Shown piece by piece: positions 1 to 9,428 of a DNA stretch of 64,000 bases. Below the pieces are notes generated by a model. It made no database searches. It was given only the letters and a program-made list of their open reading frames with translations, and was not told the DNA's origin. Source of the DNA: an uncultured Pseudomonadales bacterium (GTDB lineage: Bacteria; Patescibacteriota; Microgenomatia; UBA1400; PJMF01); the NCBI GenBank assembly GCA_964574595.1, contig CAZNOF010000009.1, forward strand, positions 2,996 through 66,995, read 5' to 3'. A program made the translations under genes and the position numbers. The stretch's first letter is position 1. The number at the start of each line of letters is the position of its first letter.

Positions 1-186
1 TCGTTATAAATGGTCTGACAAAAGCTTCCTCACCCTGAAATGGTTTTTCTGAGATAAGAGACATCTTTTGTTCCATTCTAAAGATGTTCAAAGCTTTATC
101 AACCAGGCGTGAGTATGGTGTAGACATAAGGCTAATACTAAGCCTTTCGCCCCTGAAAAGTCCAGATGTGATCAATATGTAAGAAA

Positions 187-195
187 TGGTATAAT
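187..195 (+). promoter_or_regulatory. extended -10 element TGGTATAAT upstream of tRNA-Arg
   Basis: TGGTATAAT lies ~29 nt upstream of the tRNA 5' end. The same nonamer precedes tRNA-Lys on the other strand. Confidence 0.35.
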
Positions 196-223
196 TTTGA
201 CTCTCTTTGATTAGAAGAGTCGG

Positions 224-300
224 GCGTCCATAGCTCAGCTGGATAGAGCGATTGTCTTCGGAACAATAGGTCGGGGGTTCGAGTCCCTCTGGACGCACCA
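224..300 (+). tRNA. tRNA-Arg (anticodon UCG), 3' CCA encoded
   Basis: Manual cloverleaf. Acceptor GCGTCCA/TGGACGC. D-arm GCTC-AGCTGGATA-GAGC. Anticodon stem ATTGT/ACAAT with loop CTTCGGA. T-arm GGGGG-TTCGAGT-CCCTC. Discriminator A followed by CCA. Confidence 0.9.
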
Positions 301-303
301 GAA

Positions 304-1416
304 TTATAGCTCATCAGAATTCTGTAAAATTGCCCTCATATCAGGTTCTTGCAATCGTCTTCTGACAATTGTTAATATCTGTCTAACTAACTTATCTGAA
401 ATTTTTTCTAACTCGCCCACTTCAACCGAAGTATGAGGAACTTCTCCATCTAATCCATAATACAATCGAGTAATTCTGGCATACCTGGGGTTGATTGATT
501 TCAGTGCCATCGACAATTTCTGCTTCACAATAATATCTCTGACTTGCTCATCAGGTGGCAAAACGCTTTCATCAGCAATGAAATCCAACAGGGTTCGATC
601 ATCTTCCTCTGATCGACTTTTAAACTCTTCATCCAAACTAAAAACATACTCACTGGCTTGTAACGCTTCCACAACATTTTTATGAGTCAGCTCAAGCACC
701 TCGGCCACTAACTCCAGGTTTGGTCTTCTTTTATATTTTTGATGATAGGTGCGAAAATACTTAAAAATTCGAGATAATCTTTCTTGAACATGAACGGGCA
801 ATCGAATAACACGTGACTTATCTTTCACTGCCCGAGAAATATACTTTCTAATCCACCAAACCGCATAAGTCGAAAAACGATACCCTTTCCGATAATCGTA
901 TCTGTCCACTGCCTCCATCAGTCCCACATTTCCTTCTTGAATCAGGTCCATAAATTCTAAACCATGGTATTTATATGTCTTCGCCACACTGACAACTAGG
1001 CGAGTGTTGGCTTGGGCTAACTGGGTAACGTAAGGATCGTTGGCTGGATTGTAGTTCTTCTTTTTCTTACTCTCGCTGATTTTTTTACCTAAAGCTAACT
1101 CTTCTTCCGCTGTTAAGAGAGGAATCTTCATTATTTCCAAAAGATACATTTTTAAGAGATTATCATTGAGAATGATGCTCGTCAGGGCATCCAGCTCATC
1201 ATCTGTAATCAGATCGTCCATCAGCTCTAAGTCAAAATCCTCTGGTTCTTCTTTTAAATCTTCAGGTTCAGGATCAGTAACTTCAAATAATTCTCGATCA
1301 TTCTTGGACGCAATCACAACTTTAAAAATTTTGTTATAAAGCACATCAATTCGACCTTCAATGGGAGGCAGCGAGGACATCTCAATGATCGGCTCTTGAA
1401 GATGTTCTTTAATCAT
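304..1416 (-). CDS. rpoD: RNA polymerase sigma-70 family factor, primary-like (regions 1.2, 2, 3, 4)
   Basis: Region 2 motifs YKYHGLEFMDLIQEGNVGLMEAVDRYD and ...FSTYAVWWIRKYI. Region 4 HTH LTRLYYGLDGEVPHTSVEVGE. ATG start at 1414-1416. Confidence 0.85.
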   Translation of the reverse strand: MIKEHLQEPIIEMSSLPPIEGRIDVLYNKIFKVVIASKNDRELFEVTDPEPEDLKEEPEDFDLELMDDLITDDELDALTSIILNDNLLKMYLLEIMKIPLLTAEEELALGKKISESKKKKNYNPANDPYVTQLAQANTRLVVSVAKTYKYHGLEFMDLIQEGNVGLMEAVDRYDYRKGYRFSTYAVWWIRKYISRAVKDKSRVIRLPVHVQERLSRIFKYFRTYHQKYKRRPNLELVAEVLELTHKNVVEALQASEYVFSLDEEFKSRSEEDDRTLLDFIADESVLPPDEQVRDIIVKQKLSMALKSINPRYARITRLYYGLDGEVPHTSVEVGELEKISDKLVRQILTIVRRRLQEPDMRAILQNSDEL

Positions 1417-1424
1417 GGCCTGGA

Positions 1425-1433
1425 ATTATAACA
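1425..1433 (-). promoter_or_regulatory. extended -10 element (TGtTATAAT on the minus strand) ending 7 nt before the rpoD ATG, giving a leaderless transcript
   Basis: Reverse complement of 1425-1433 is TGTTATAAT. The rpoD start codon is at 1414-1416. No SD is possible. Confidence 0.4.
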
Positions 1434-1473
1434 GACAGCAAAAGAAAGGGGTGCCACGCAAGCGCGGCACCCC
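1431..1473 (-). terminator. intrinsic terminator for the upstream minus-strand small ORF
   Basis: GC hairpin GGGGTGCC-N10-GGCACCCC (1448-1473), followed on the minus strand by TTTCTTTTGCTG. Confidence 0.5.
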
Positions 1474-1491
1474 AAACACTAGGGAGTCAAT

Positions 1492-1704
1492 CTAACGAAC
1501 GGTGGCGAGAATTCCGAATGCTACGGAAAATCCTCCAACGGACAGAAAGACTGCTAATAAGTAAGCCCAATTGGGTCGTTTGTTGGTCAGCTGCTTACTG
1601 AACTGACCCATACCCCAACCAATTGCTAACCCGACGAAGACAGCAAGAATCGTTTGCAGCGGCGGGTTCCGAGTTAAAGCGGTAAACACGGTATGTGAGT
1701 CCAC
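1492..1704 (-). CDS. small two-TM membrane protein (hypothetical)
   Basis: 70-aa ORF with two hydrophobic helices and a GTG start. The terminator hairpin lies immediately downstream. Confidence 0.3.
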   Translation of the reverse strand: MDSHTVFTALTRNPPLQTILAVFVGLAIGWGMGQFSKQLTNKRPNWAYLLAVFLSVGGFSVAFGILATVR

Positions 1705-1806
1705 TTGAATTCCTCCTCAAAATCTAAGCAATTTCCTTAAGTATTATATCGCACTGGTACATGTGGGTAGTGATCGAACCATAATGCCAGTATACTTACC
1801 CACAAC

Positions 1807-2322
1807 ATGCTCCTCCAAATCTGGAAAAAACTCAATTTACCTCAGCCACTTCAAGTTTTTTTGATGCGCTTTGCCAACGATCAATTTCTGATTGGCGTCA
1901 CCGGCGTCATTTTTAATGAAAATAATCACATTTTACTTCTGAAGCATACTTATCGCCGAGTGGAGTGGAGCCTGCCAGGCGGCTACTTAAAGGCCAATGA
2001 ACATCCTAAAGTTGGTTTAGCTCGCGAGATTATGGAAGAAACCGGTTTTACCGTACACGTCATTCAAATCATTCGAACCCAAACAGATCACAAGGGCAGA
2101 CTGGATATGAGCTATTACGGCATCTATGAATCTGGCGATTTTAAACCAAGTGATGAAGTTTCTGCCTACAAATTCGTTGATCCAAACAAATTGCCAAAAC
2201 TGCTCAATGATCAATACAAGCAAATTGACGAGGCAATCAAAAGAAAAAAAAGATACGACGCGGAGCATCGTTGGACGAGAGTGAAAAAGAAAGTATTTTC
2301 CCTTTTTCAATCGAACCATTAG
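1807..2322 (+). CDS. NUDIX hydrolase
   Basis: Nudix box GGYLKANEHPKVGLAREIMEETGF (GX5EX7REUXEEXGU). Confidence 0.75.
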   Translation: MLLQIWKKLNLPQPLQVFLMRFANDQFLIGVTGVIFNENNHILLLKHTYRRVEWSLPGGYLKANEHPKVGLAREIMEETGFTVHVIQIIRTQTDHKGRLDMSYYGIYESGDFKPSDEVSAYKFVDPNKLPKLLNDQYKQIDEAIKRKKRYDAEHRWTRVKKKVFSLFQSNH

Positions 2323-2340
2323 CAGTCTATACTGAAGTTC

Positions 2341-3588
2341 ATGAAGCAAACCGCCAAACTCCCAAAACTCTCAATGAAGCTTCCTCCCGCAGGTTCACTA
2401 ATCCTTCCGTTGATTATTTTATGTTTTGTTTTTGTGGCATTATCTGGCTATGTTTTCTATAGTGGTCAACAGCAACAACGGTTACTTACTAGCCGGAATA
2501 CAACATTAAACTCGGAAAAAACTGCTCTCCAAACACAGTTGACTGAGATTTCTGAGCAATTACAGTCAGCTCAGCAACAAGTTCAGCAATTGGAAGCCGT
2601 AGATGAACATAAGAAAAATCAGGAATTAGCAACTGAAATTAAAAATATTCAAACAACTTACCAGTCGGCAGCGAGCAGCTATGAAAAATTAACAGACCTG
2701 CATGTCAGCGGTGGAAAGACTGCTCCATTAGATACCCAATTTGCTCTTGTCTTGACTCAGCTCAGCAAGCAAAACTATGCCAGCGCGAGCGCGACCCTGG
2801 CGTCACTCAATCAAAAAATTGATGCCATGACGGTACAGCTCGCTGTGCCAGCAGCGCTATCTACTGCGAATGTGCCGGCCTCCAACACCCCACCAGCATC
2901 TGGCTACTCCAGACAAACTGTTAATTCTGATGCCGGAGCTTTTGTAGTGGATGTATTGACCGCAGATCTGAACTCCACACGAGTACAAGTTGAGACGGCT
3001 TCTAGTGGCGATTGTAGGGATAACTGTCCAGTTGATTCATTAGCCAGTTATATTGGCAAAAGCGGCGGTTACGCGGGCATCAATGGTCCATACTTCTGTC
3101 CAGCTGAGTATCCAAGCTGTGCAGGAAAAACCGGATCTTTCGATACCTTATTAATGAATAAAAACAAAGTCTACTTTAACTCAGATAATAATGTGTACAG
3201 TACTGTGCCAGCCATGATTTTCAGTGGTTCGAGCGTCCGCTTAGTCGGACAAAGTTTAGAGTGGGGCAGAGATACTGGCGTGGATGCGGTCATTGCCGCA
3301 CAACCCCTGCTAGTATCTGGGGGAAATGTGGCATTTGGCGGCAATGGTGATCCCAAGTTAGGCAGCCGAGGCAACCGGAGTTTTATTGCCAGTAAAGACA
3401 ATCAGGTCTACATCGGAGTGGTTCACGGAGCGACGGTAGCTGAAGTCGCCCGAGTACTCAAAGCCATGGGCGTTCAGTCGGCTTTAAATCTGGATAGTGG
3501 TGGTTCAGTCGCCTTCTCTGTAAATGGCAAATACGTCGATGGACCAGGTAGAAATACCCCATTTGGTATCGTGCTTGTCAGAAAATAA
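2341..3588 (+). CDS. membrane-anchored coiled-coil protein with a C-terminal phosphodiester glycosidase (NAGPA-like) domain
   Basis: N-terminal TM, a Q-rich coiled coil, then AGINGPYF...LLVSGG...SRGNRSFIASKDNQVYIGVVHGATVAEVARVLKAMGVQSALNLDSGGS, typical of PF09992. Confidence 0.55.
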   Translation: MKQTAKLPKLSMKLPPAGSLILPLIILCFVFVALSGYVFYSGQQQQRLLTSRNTTLNSEKTALQTQLTEISEQLQSAQQQVQQLEAVDEHKKNQELATEIKNIQTTYQSAASSYEKLTDLHVSGGKTAPLDTQFALVLTQLSKQNYASASATLASLNQKIDAMTVQLAVPAALSTANVPASNTPPASGYSRQTVNSDAGAFVVDVLTADLNSTRVQVETASSGDCRDNCPVDSLASYIGKSGGYAGINGPYFCPAEYPSCAGKTGSFDTLLMNKNKVYFNSDNNVYSTVPAMIFSGSSVRLVGQSLEWGRDTGVDAVIAAQPLLVSGGNVAFGGNGDPKLGSRGNRSFIASKDNQVYIGVVHGATVAEVARVLKAMGVQSALNLDSGGSVAFSVNGKYVDGPGRNTPFGIVLVRK

Positions 3589-3716
3589 CCAGTAACTTCT
3601 CTCAATTTTAAGCTCATTTTCAGTTCTGTGATTTAGACTATTTCTCAGTTTGAACTTCCGAAAATATTGAAGATGGCTAAGGCTCTGTCAGCTTCAATAG
3701 ATTGGAAAAAAATCAA

Positions 3717-3750
3717 CAGCTCTTGAGTCGAGTCAGGAGCTGTTTTTTTG
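3717..3750. terminator. bidirectional intrinsic terminator between convergent genes
   Basis: Hairpin CAGCTC-N14-GAGCTG followed by TTTTTTT on the + strand. An A-run precedes it, giving a T-run on the minus strand. Confidence 0.5.
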
Positions 3751-3756
3751 TATCGA

Positions 3757-4872
3757 TTAAGCAAGTAGATACGATAAGAGGAGCATAAGCAAGGTGATAC
3801 CACTCGCCATCAGCCATTCACTCGTCGGAACTGGGTGAAGGTACTGAGATGGACCTAATCGAATAATTGTCGTGTGGGCAAGAAAGACAAAAAACGAATA
3901 GAGTCCAATTTGGCTCAGTAGATTTTTTCTCTCATTTCCCCAATGCCCAACAGTACTCACAATCAATAAAATCGCACTCGTGGCAAAAACAAGAACTGGC
4001 CAGCGTGTAAATTGCATTGCTAAGAGCACCGGCACAAAAGTTGAACCGTGAATCGTGGAATAGGCATTTGACAACAACCAGACGGCAGCCAAAAGAGTCG
4101 TGCTCACCAGCGCTCGTTTGACTAGTGGTTTAGCTAATTTTGCAGACAAGTTGAAATCCGCCGCCACCCCCCCTAACCAGGCATACCAAAACCAAGTCAG
4201 TGGAATTAAATACTGAATTTGATCTGGCTGAATCCAAGTAAACCCAGCTCTAAAGGTGGGCAAGTAGCTGTACCACCACAGGGTAAGTACCGCTACGACA
4301 CCAGTTCCAATGAGTCGAGCTGCTTTGGGTAAGTACGAGTACAAACTAAAAAGAAAGTACAACATTATAATTAAAGGAATAAAGTAGAGGTGATAATCAG
4401 CCTGACCGAGAATAATCTTAAGATAGAGTGGAATATCCATATTGAATCCCCAATTGGGAACCACATGCATCAAAATCCAAATGCCAATCGCCCATACCAG
4501 ATAAAGAGGGAGTAACTTCAAAATTCGGTTTTTCCAAAATTGGAGCAGAGGAACCGCTTTCCCTTGATACTTTTTACTTAATCCATACCAGGAGAGAAAA
4601 ATAAATAACGGAATACTAATTCTGCAAAATTGGTCAATAATAACCATCACTACTGACCTGGCATCACTGCGCAGCCACCAAATTTCCGGGAAAATTGCAA
4701 GCAAATGAATGACCACCACTTGAAGAATGGCAACCCCTTTTAAGGTATCTACTTGCTGCTTGGTCATTCCGTAATGATATCTGTCAGATATAAAGTCAGC
4801 AAGTGAAGAAGTAAAAAGGCACTGTATAATTGCTGAAATGCCAAACTCCATCTCTGAAAAAGATTTCCACAT
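3757..4872 (-). CDS. acyltransferase family 3 (OatA-like) integral membrane protein
   Basis: Ten or more TM helices. The N-terminal LKGVAILQVVVIHL matches the acyltransferase_3 start motif. The true start may be the internal ATG at 4767. Confidence 0.5.
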   Translation of the reverse strand: MWKSFSEMEFGISAIIQCLFTSSLADFISDRYHYGMTKQQVDTLKGVAILQVVVIHLLAIFPEIWWLRSDARSVVMVIIDQFCRISIPLFIFLSWYGLSKKYQGKAVPLLQFWKNRILKLLPLYLVWAIGIWILMHVVPNWGFNMDIPLYLKIILGQADYHLYFIPLIIMLYFLFSLYSYLPKAARLIGTGVVAVLTLWWYSYLPTFRAGFTWIQPDQIQYLIPLTWFWYAWLGGVAADFNLSAKLAKPLVKRALVSTTLLAAVWLLSNAYSTIHGSTFVPVLLAMQFTRWPVLVFATSAILLIVSTVGHWGNERKNLLSQIGLYSFFVFLAHTTIIRLGPSQYLHPVPTSEWLMASGITLLMLLLSYLLA

Positions 4873-6796
4873 GCTGGCAGAAGCAATTCCTCAGTTGGTC
4901 TGGATTATTACTCCCGATGGCAAATTCTTATACTGCAATCATAAGCTGACTGATTATCTCAATCTTCCAACCAATGAGAAGGATATTTTTCGGATTTGGC
5001 TAGAAGCGCTTCATCCCGATGATCGAGAAAGCACTATCGACGTTTGGTCACATTCAGTACTAACCGGTGAACCATATGAAACAGAATACCGGATGAGGAA
5101 TGGAAAGACTGGTGAGTACCGCTGGTTTTTAGCCCGGGCATCAGTATTAAATAATTCCAGTCCGGAAGTGAAATGGTTTGGTACGTGTACCGACATTCAT
5201 GAACAACGGGTTATCCGCGACGGCCAGGAATTCCTAGCCGCCTGTAGTAAGGTTTTGGCTTCTTCAATTAACTACTTAGAAACTGTACAAAAGGTGGCTG
5301 AACTAGCAGTTCCTGAGATTGCCGATTGGTGCTCAATAGAATTAATAGAAAACAATGAGTTAAAGCAGGTCGCGGTTGCTCATAAGAATCCTGAGGAACT
5401 GAAAAATGCCAAACAGTTGGCAAAACATCGAAAGCAAGACATCTCATCGAAGCGGGTCATTCCAGAAATTCTGCGCACCGGTAAGTCAGCGTATTACCCA
5501 GTTATCACTGATGAAATGTTAAGAAGGTACGCAAGAAATGAGACCGAGTTCAAACTGTTTAAAAAACTTAATTTTGAATCTTCAATGATCGTCCCAATCT
5601 CCGTGGATAATAAAAACATCGGTGTCATTCAATTTGTCTCGACTGAATCAAAAAAGCGATTCAGCACGTTTGATTTGTATGTTGCAGAAGAGGTGGGCAG
5701 ACGAGTAGCTCTCACAATTCAAAATGATCAACTCATTGAAGAATCTCAAAGAAAAGAGAAGCAGTTTCGTGCCCTCTACAATTCAAACATTATCGGTGTG
5801 ACTTACTCAACTTCGTGTGGAGAAATTACAGACGCAAATGATGCGTTCCTGGATATGATTGGATTTACAAAAAAGGATCTTCACGCCGGAAATGTGCGCT
5901 GGGATCAGCTCACACCTCCTAAATACAAAGAAAGAATGCATGAGGCGTATGAAGAGATTGCGAAAAATGGCTTTATGAATCCATGGGAAAAAGAATACTA
6001 TAAAAAAGATGGTGGGACAGTACCAGCCATTATTTGTGGAGTAATGTTGAATAAAAAAACCACAGAAACTTTAATGTTAGTACTGGATATATCTGAACGG
6101 AAAAGACTCGAGGAACGCAAGGATGAATTCATCGGCATCACTTCACACGAACTGAAAACTCCACTGACAAGTATCAAGGGTTATGTCCAGATTTTGGAAA
6201 GAATTATTAATGAAATGGGCAACGAGCAGATGAGTTTGTATATTAAAAAAACAAACACGTATATTAATCGGCTGAATAGTTTAATTGTAGACTTGTTGGA
6301 TGTTTCAAAAGTACAAGCCGGCAAGTTAATGCTCAACTTCTCAACCTTTGATTTTCCCGAATTAGTCAGACAAAGTATCGATGCGGTTCAAGGAACAAGT
6401 AACTCTCACAAAATAACATTCTTTTATGACAATCAATTTAGCTGGGACGGTGATGAACATCGACTCGAACAGGTTTTTATCAACCTGCTTACAAATGCAA
6501 TTAAATACTCCCCAAATGCAAAGAAAGTAGTGGTCCACTTAGAGAAAAATGAGAAAGAAGTTATCGTGGGTGTTCAGGATTTTGGGATTGGCATTTCCAA
6601 AAAAGAAATTTCCAAAATATTTGAAAGATTTTATCGTGTAGAATCAATTTCTAAACGTTTTTCTGGACTAGGGATTGGTCTGTACATCTCTTATGAGATC
6701 ATAAAAAGACATGGTGGGAAAATGTGGGTGGAAAGTGAGTTGGGCAAAGGCTCAACCTTTTATTTTAGCTTACCGGTAGATACAAGCAATCTATGA
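4838..6796 (+). CDS. sensor histidine kinase with PAS and GAF-like sensor domains
   Basis: H-box ITSHELKTPLTSIKGY. HATPase motifs NLLTNAIKYS, GVQDFGIGIS and GLGIGLYISYEIIKRHGG. Alternative start at ATG 4871. Confidence 0.85.
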   Translation: MPNSISEKDFHMLAEAIPQLVWIITPDGKFLYCNHKLTDYLNLPTNEKDIFRIWLEALHPDDRESTIDVWSHSVLTGEPYETEYRMRNGKTGEYRWFLARASVLNNSSPEVKWFGTCTDIHEQRVIRDGQEFLAACSKVLASSINYLETVQKVAELAVPEIADWCSIELIENNELKQVAVAHKNPEELKNAKQLAKHRKQDISSKRVIPEILRTGKSAYYPVITDEMLRRYARNETEFKLFKKLNFESSMIVPISVDNKNIGVIQFVSTESKKRFSTFDLYVAEEVGRRVALTIQNDQLIEESQRKEKQFRALYNSNIIGVTYSTSCGEITDANDAFLDMIGFTKKDLHAGNVRWDQLTPPKYKERMHEAYEEIAKNGFMNPWEKEYYKKDGGTVPAIICGVMLNKKTTETLMLVLDISERKRLEERKDEFIGITSHELKTPLTSIKGYVQILERIINEMGNEQMSLYIKKTNTYINRLNSLIVDLLDVSKVQAGKLMLNFSTFDFPELVRQSIDAVQGTSNSHKITFFYDNQFSWDGDEHRLEQVFINLLTNAIKYSPNAKKVVVHLEKNEKEVIVGVQDFGIGISKKEISKIFERFYRVESISKRFSGLGIGLYISYEIIKRHGGKMWVESELGKGSTFYFSLPVDTSNL

Positions 6797-7164
6797 GTAA
6801 AAAAAACATTCTGATCTGCGACGACGATGAGGGTATCATTGACGTGATTAGAATCGTACTTGAAGAAAAAGGCTATAAAACAAGGTCAGTTAGCCATGGT
6901 CGTGGCATTTTCAAAATCATCGAAAAGTGGAAACCAGATCTTGTACTGGTCGATTTTTGGATGCCAGAAATTGGTGGTGACGAAATCATTAAAGCATTAA
7001 AGAAGGATTCCCAAACGAAAGGAATTCCAATTATTTTAATAGCAGCGCATAGAAGAACTCGCGAGTTGGCCACTGAATCAGGTGCTGATGGGTTTCTCAC
7101 AAAACCATTTGATATTCGAGATTTAGAAAATATCGTACAAAAACATATTGGAGGTGCCACATGA
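6793..7164 (+). CDS. single-domain response regulator (CheY-like receiver)
   Basis: DDD...DLVLVDFWMP...K receiver signature. ATGA overlap with the kinase stop. Confidence 0.8.
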   Translation: MSKKNILICDDDEGIIDVIRIVLEEKGYKTRSVSHGRGIFKIIEKWKPDLVLVDFWMPEIGGDEIIKALKKDSQTKGIPIILIAAHRRTRELATESGADGFLTKPFDIRDLENIVQKHIGGAT

Positions 7165-9038
7165 TTGAATCAAACAAGCAGCTGCTGGGAATCCTTGATG
7201 CTGGGGCTCAATATGGCAAACTGATTGACCGCAGTGTCCGGGAAAACGGGGTTGAGTCAGACCTCTTACCAATGAACACACCTGCTGAAGAGTTAGCCAA
7301 AAAATACCGCGCCATAATTATTTCCGGTGGTCCAGAAAGTGTGTACGGTGAAAATGCTCCTAAATATGATCCTAAAATTTTCGAGTTAGGAATTCCAATT
7401 CTTGGCATCTGCTACGGCATGCAGTTGCTTGCCCATGCATCAGGCGGGAAAGTAGAAAAGTTGGCAAAACGTGAGGACGGTCCCGGTACCATCAAAATTC
7501 AAACAGACTCGTTGCTCTTTGCTGGCTTAGAACCAGAGCAATCTGTCCTACTTACACACGGTGATTCTGTCTCAGCCGTACCAGCAGGATTTAGAGTCAT
7601 TGCCATGTCAGAAGAGTTGATATCAGGCATCGAAAATGCCAGCAAAAAATTCTATGGGGTTCAGTTTCATCCAGAGGTTGACCTAACGATTAACGGTCAA
7701 AAAATCTTATCCAACTTCCTTTATAAAATTGCCGAATTTGATGGTTCTTATACGGTGGAGGACAGAGAGCAAAAAGCGATTTCATATATCAAACAAAAAG
7801 TTGGCCAAAGTCACGCATTAGTATTGGTAAGCGGTGGAGTGGACTCAACAGTCTCGGCCGCACTGGTAACTAAAGCTTTAGGCAAAGATAAAGTATTCGC
7901 ACTGCATATCGATACTGGATTCATGAGAGAAAATGAGAGTCAAACCGTCAAAGTAGCACTGGAAAAATTTGGATTAAACTTACGAGTGATCAATGCCACA
8001 GAGCAATTTTTACATGCTACAACAATCATCGATGGGAAAGAGACACCACCACTTAATGAGTGCTTAGAGCCTGAACAAAAAAGAAAAATTATTGGAGACA
8101 CATTCATGAGAGTTGCAGAAGCAGCCTTGAAAGAAATGCACGTTCCTAAGGATGATGTCTATTTAGTACAGGGTTCACTGAGACCAGACCTCATCGAAAG
8201 TGCTTCTACTGCACTCAAGTCTAGTCATAAAGCCGATACAATTAAAACCCACCACAACGACACAGCTCTTGTCAGGCAGTTACGTGACAGTGGCCGAGTG
8301 ATTGAGCCCTTGGGTGAATACCATAAGTATGAAGTGAGAGAGCTTGGTGAAAAACTAGGTTTACCACCAGAACTGGTATGGAGACAACCATTTCCAGGTC
8401 CTGGGTTAGCAATTCGACTTCTCTGTGCCAACAAGCCATACATGACGACTCAATTTGATGAAATAAACCAGCAACTCAAACAATTTGAAAAGGGCACGTA
8501 CGGCGCGACACTGATGCCAGTTCGAACTGTCGGTGTCCAAGGTGATGGAAGAACGTACAGCTATCTAGCTGGGATTAGTGGTCCTATGAACTGGCCAGAA
8601 CTCCTTTCAATCGCACAAGCCATACCCAAAACAATTCATTCCGTAAATCGCATCGCCTATTTCTTTGGTGAGAAAATTGAAGGTCCAGTTAAAGAGATCA
8701 CTCCAACCACTTTGAATGAAGAAAGTGTTGGCCAGCTGAGAAAAGCCGACGCTATCGTTAACCAAGTTCTCCTTAAATATGACCTGAGCAGAGCCATAAG
8801 TCAGGTCCCAGTTGTATTGTTTCCTGTTCCATTTGGTACCTCAGGGAATCGATCCATTGGCATTCGTACCATTATTACAAGAGATTTCATGACTGGTATT
8901 CCGGCACTCCCTGGTAAACATATTCCAGTGGAAGCAGTGCAAGAAATGGTAGACAGAATTCTCAGCGAAGTGCCGGGAATTTCTCGAGTAGCATACGACT
9001 TAACTTCAAAACCCCCGGGCACAACAGAGTGGGAGTGA
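7161..9038 (+). CDS. guaA: GMP synthase (glutamine-hydrolysing), long form with tandem dimerisation subdomains
   Basis: GATase-1 segment GICYGMQLL plus HPE. PP-loop SGGVDSTV. C-terminal GISRVAYDLTSKPPGTTEWE. ATGA overlap with the response regulator stop. Confidence 0.85.
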   Translation: MIESNKQLLGILDAGAQYGKLIDRSVRENGVESDLLPMNTPAEELAKKYRAIIISGGPESVYGENAPKYDPKIFELGIPILGICYGMQLLAHASGGKVEKLAKREDGPGTIKIQTDSLLFAGLEPEQSVLLTHGDSVSAVPAGFRVIAMSEELISGIENASKKFYGVQFHPEVDLTINGQKILSNFLYKIAEFDGSYTVEDREQKAISYIKQKVGQSHALVLVSGGVDSTVSAALVTKALGKDKVFALHIDTGFMRENESQTVKVALEKFGLNLRVINATEQFLHATTIIDGKETPPLNECLEPEQKRKIIGDTFMRVAEAALKEMHVPKDDVYLVQGSLRPDLIESASTALKSSHKADTIKTHHNDTALVRQLRDSGRVIEPLGEYHKYEVRELGEKLGLPPELVWRQPFPGPGLAIRLLCANKPYMTTQFDEINQQLKQFEKGTYGATLMPVRTVGVQGDGRTYSYLAGISGPMNWPELLSIAQAIPKTIHSVNRIAYFFGEKIEGPVKEITPTTLNEESVGQLRKADAIVNQVLLKYDLSRAISQVPVVLFPVPFGTSGNRSIGIRTIITRDFMTGIPALPGKHIPVEAVQEMVDRILSEVPGISRVAYDLTSKPPGTTEWE

Positions 9039-9060
9039 GCCTTTGAGGTATAATTGGCGA

Positions 9061-9420
9061 ATGAGAAGTAATTTACTATCCGATTCAATCCAAGATTTGC
9101 TCAAAAAAAAGCACTTGCTTTCTGCTAATGAAATTCAGGAGTATTTTGAGAAAAACGGCCGTTCATACAATAAAACAAGTGTTTACCGAGCTTTAGATCA
9201 ACTTTCTGCTGATAACACAATTTGTCGGTATGATTTCAATGATCACGAAGCCCAGTATGAGCTGAGGACAGATCATCATGACCACGTGGTGTGCGAAAAA
9301 TGTGGCAAAATTGAAGTTGCAGACTGTCAGTTTGTTCAACCCTCCATGGTGAAAAACTTCACTCTTACCCATCACCATTTGACCTTATTTGGCATCTGCG
9401 ATGAATGTCGTACTAAATAG
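9061..9420 (+). CDS. Fur-family metalloregulator
   Basis: HHDH...CEKCG...C...HH...CDEC metal-site pattern with an N-terminal winged helix. The tracked start at 9043 is TTG; the first ATG is at 9061. Confidence 0.7.
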   Translation: MRSNLLSDSIQDLLKKKHLLSANEIQEYFEKNGRSYNKTSVYRALDQLSADNTICRYDFNDHEAQYELRTDHHDHVVCEKCGKIEVADCQFVQPSMVKNFTLTHHHLTLFGICDECRTK

Positions 9421-9428
9421 GCCACAAT

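Noticed and set aside
491-685. Short antisense or overlapping ORFs inside confidently assigned genes (for example 491-685, 2017-2349, 5011-5196, 6873-7160, 8801-9088, 13858-14364, 18378-18851, 33685-33942, 46141-46533, 49220-49591, 55709-55963)
   Set aside because: They lie wholly within, and opposite or out of frame to, CDS that have strong family motifs. They have no RBS or promoter context and their composition looks like the mirror of the real frame.
3589-3716. Inverted repeat ATTGAAG-N19-CTTCAAT in the 3' UTR of ORF2341
   Set aside because: A modest stem with no T-tract or recognisable riboswitch or attenuator context. It was treated as incidental, and the real terminator lies just downstream (3717-3750).
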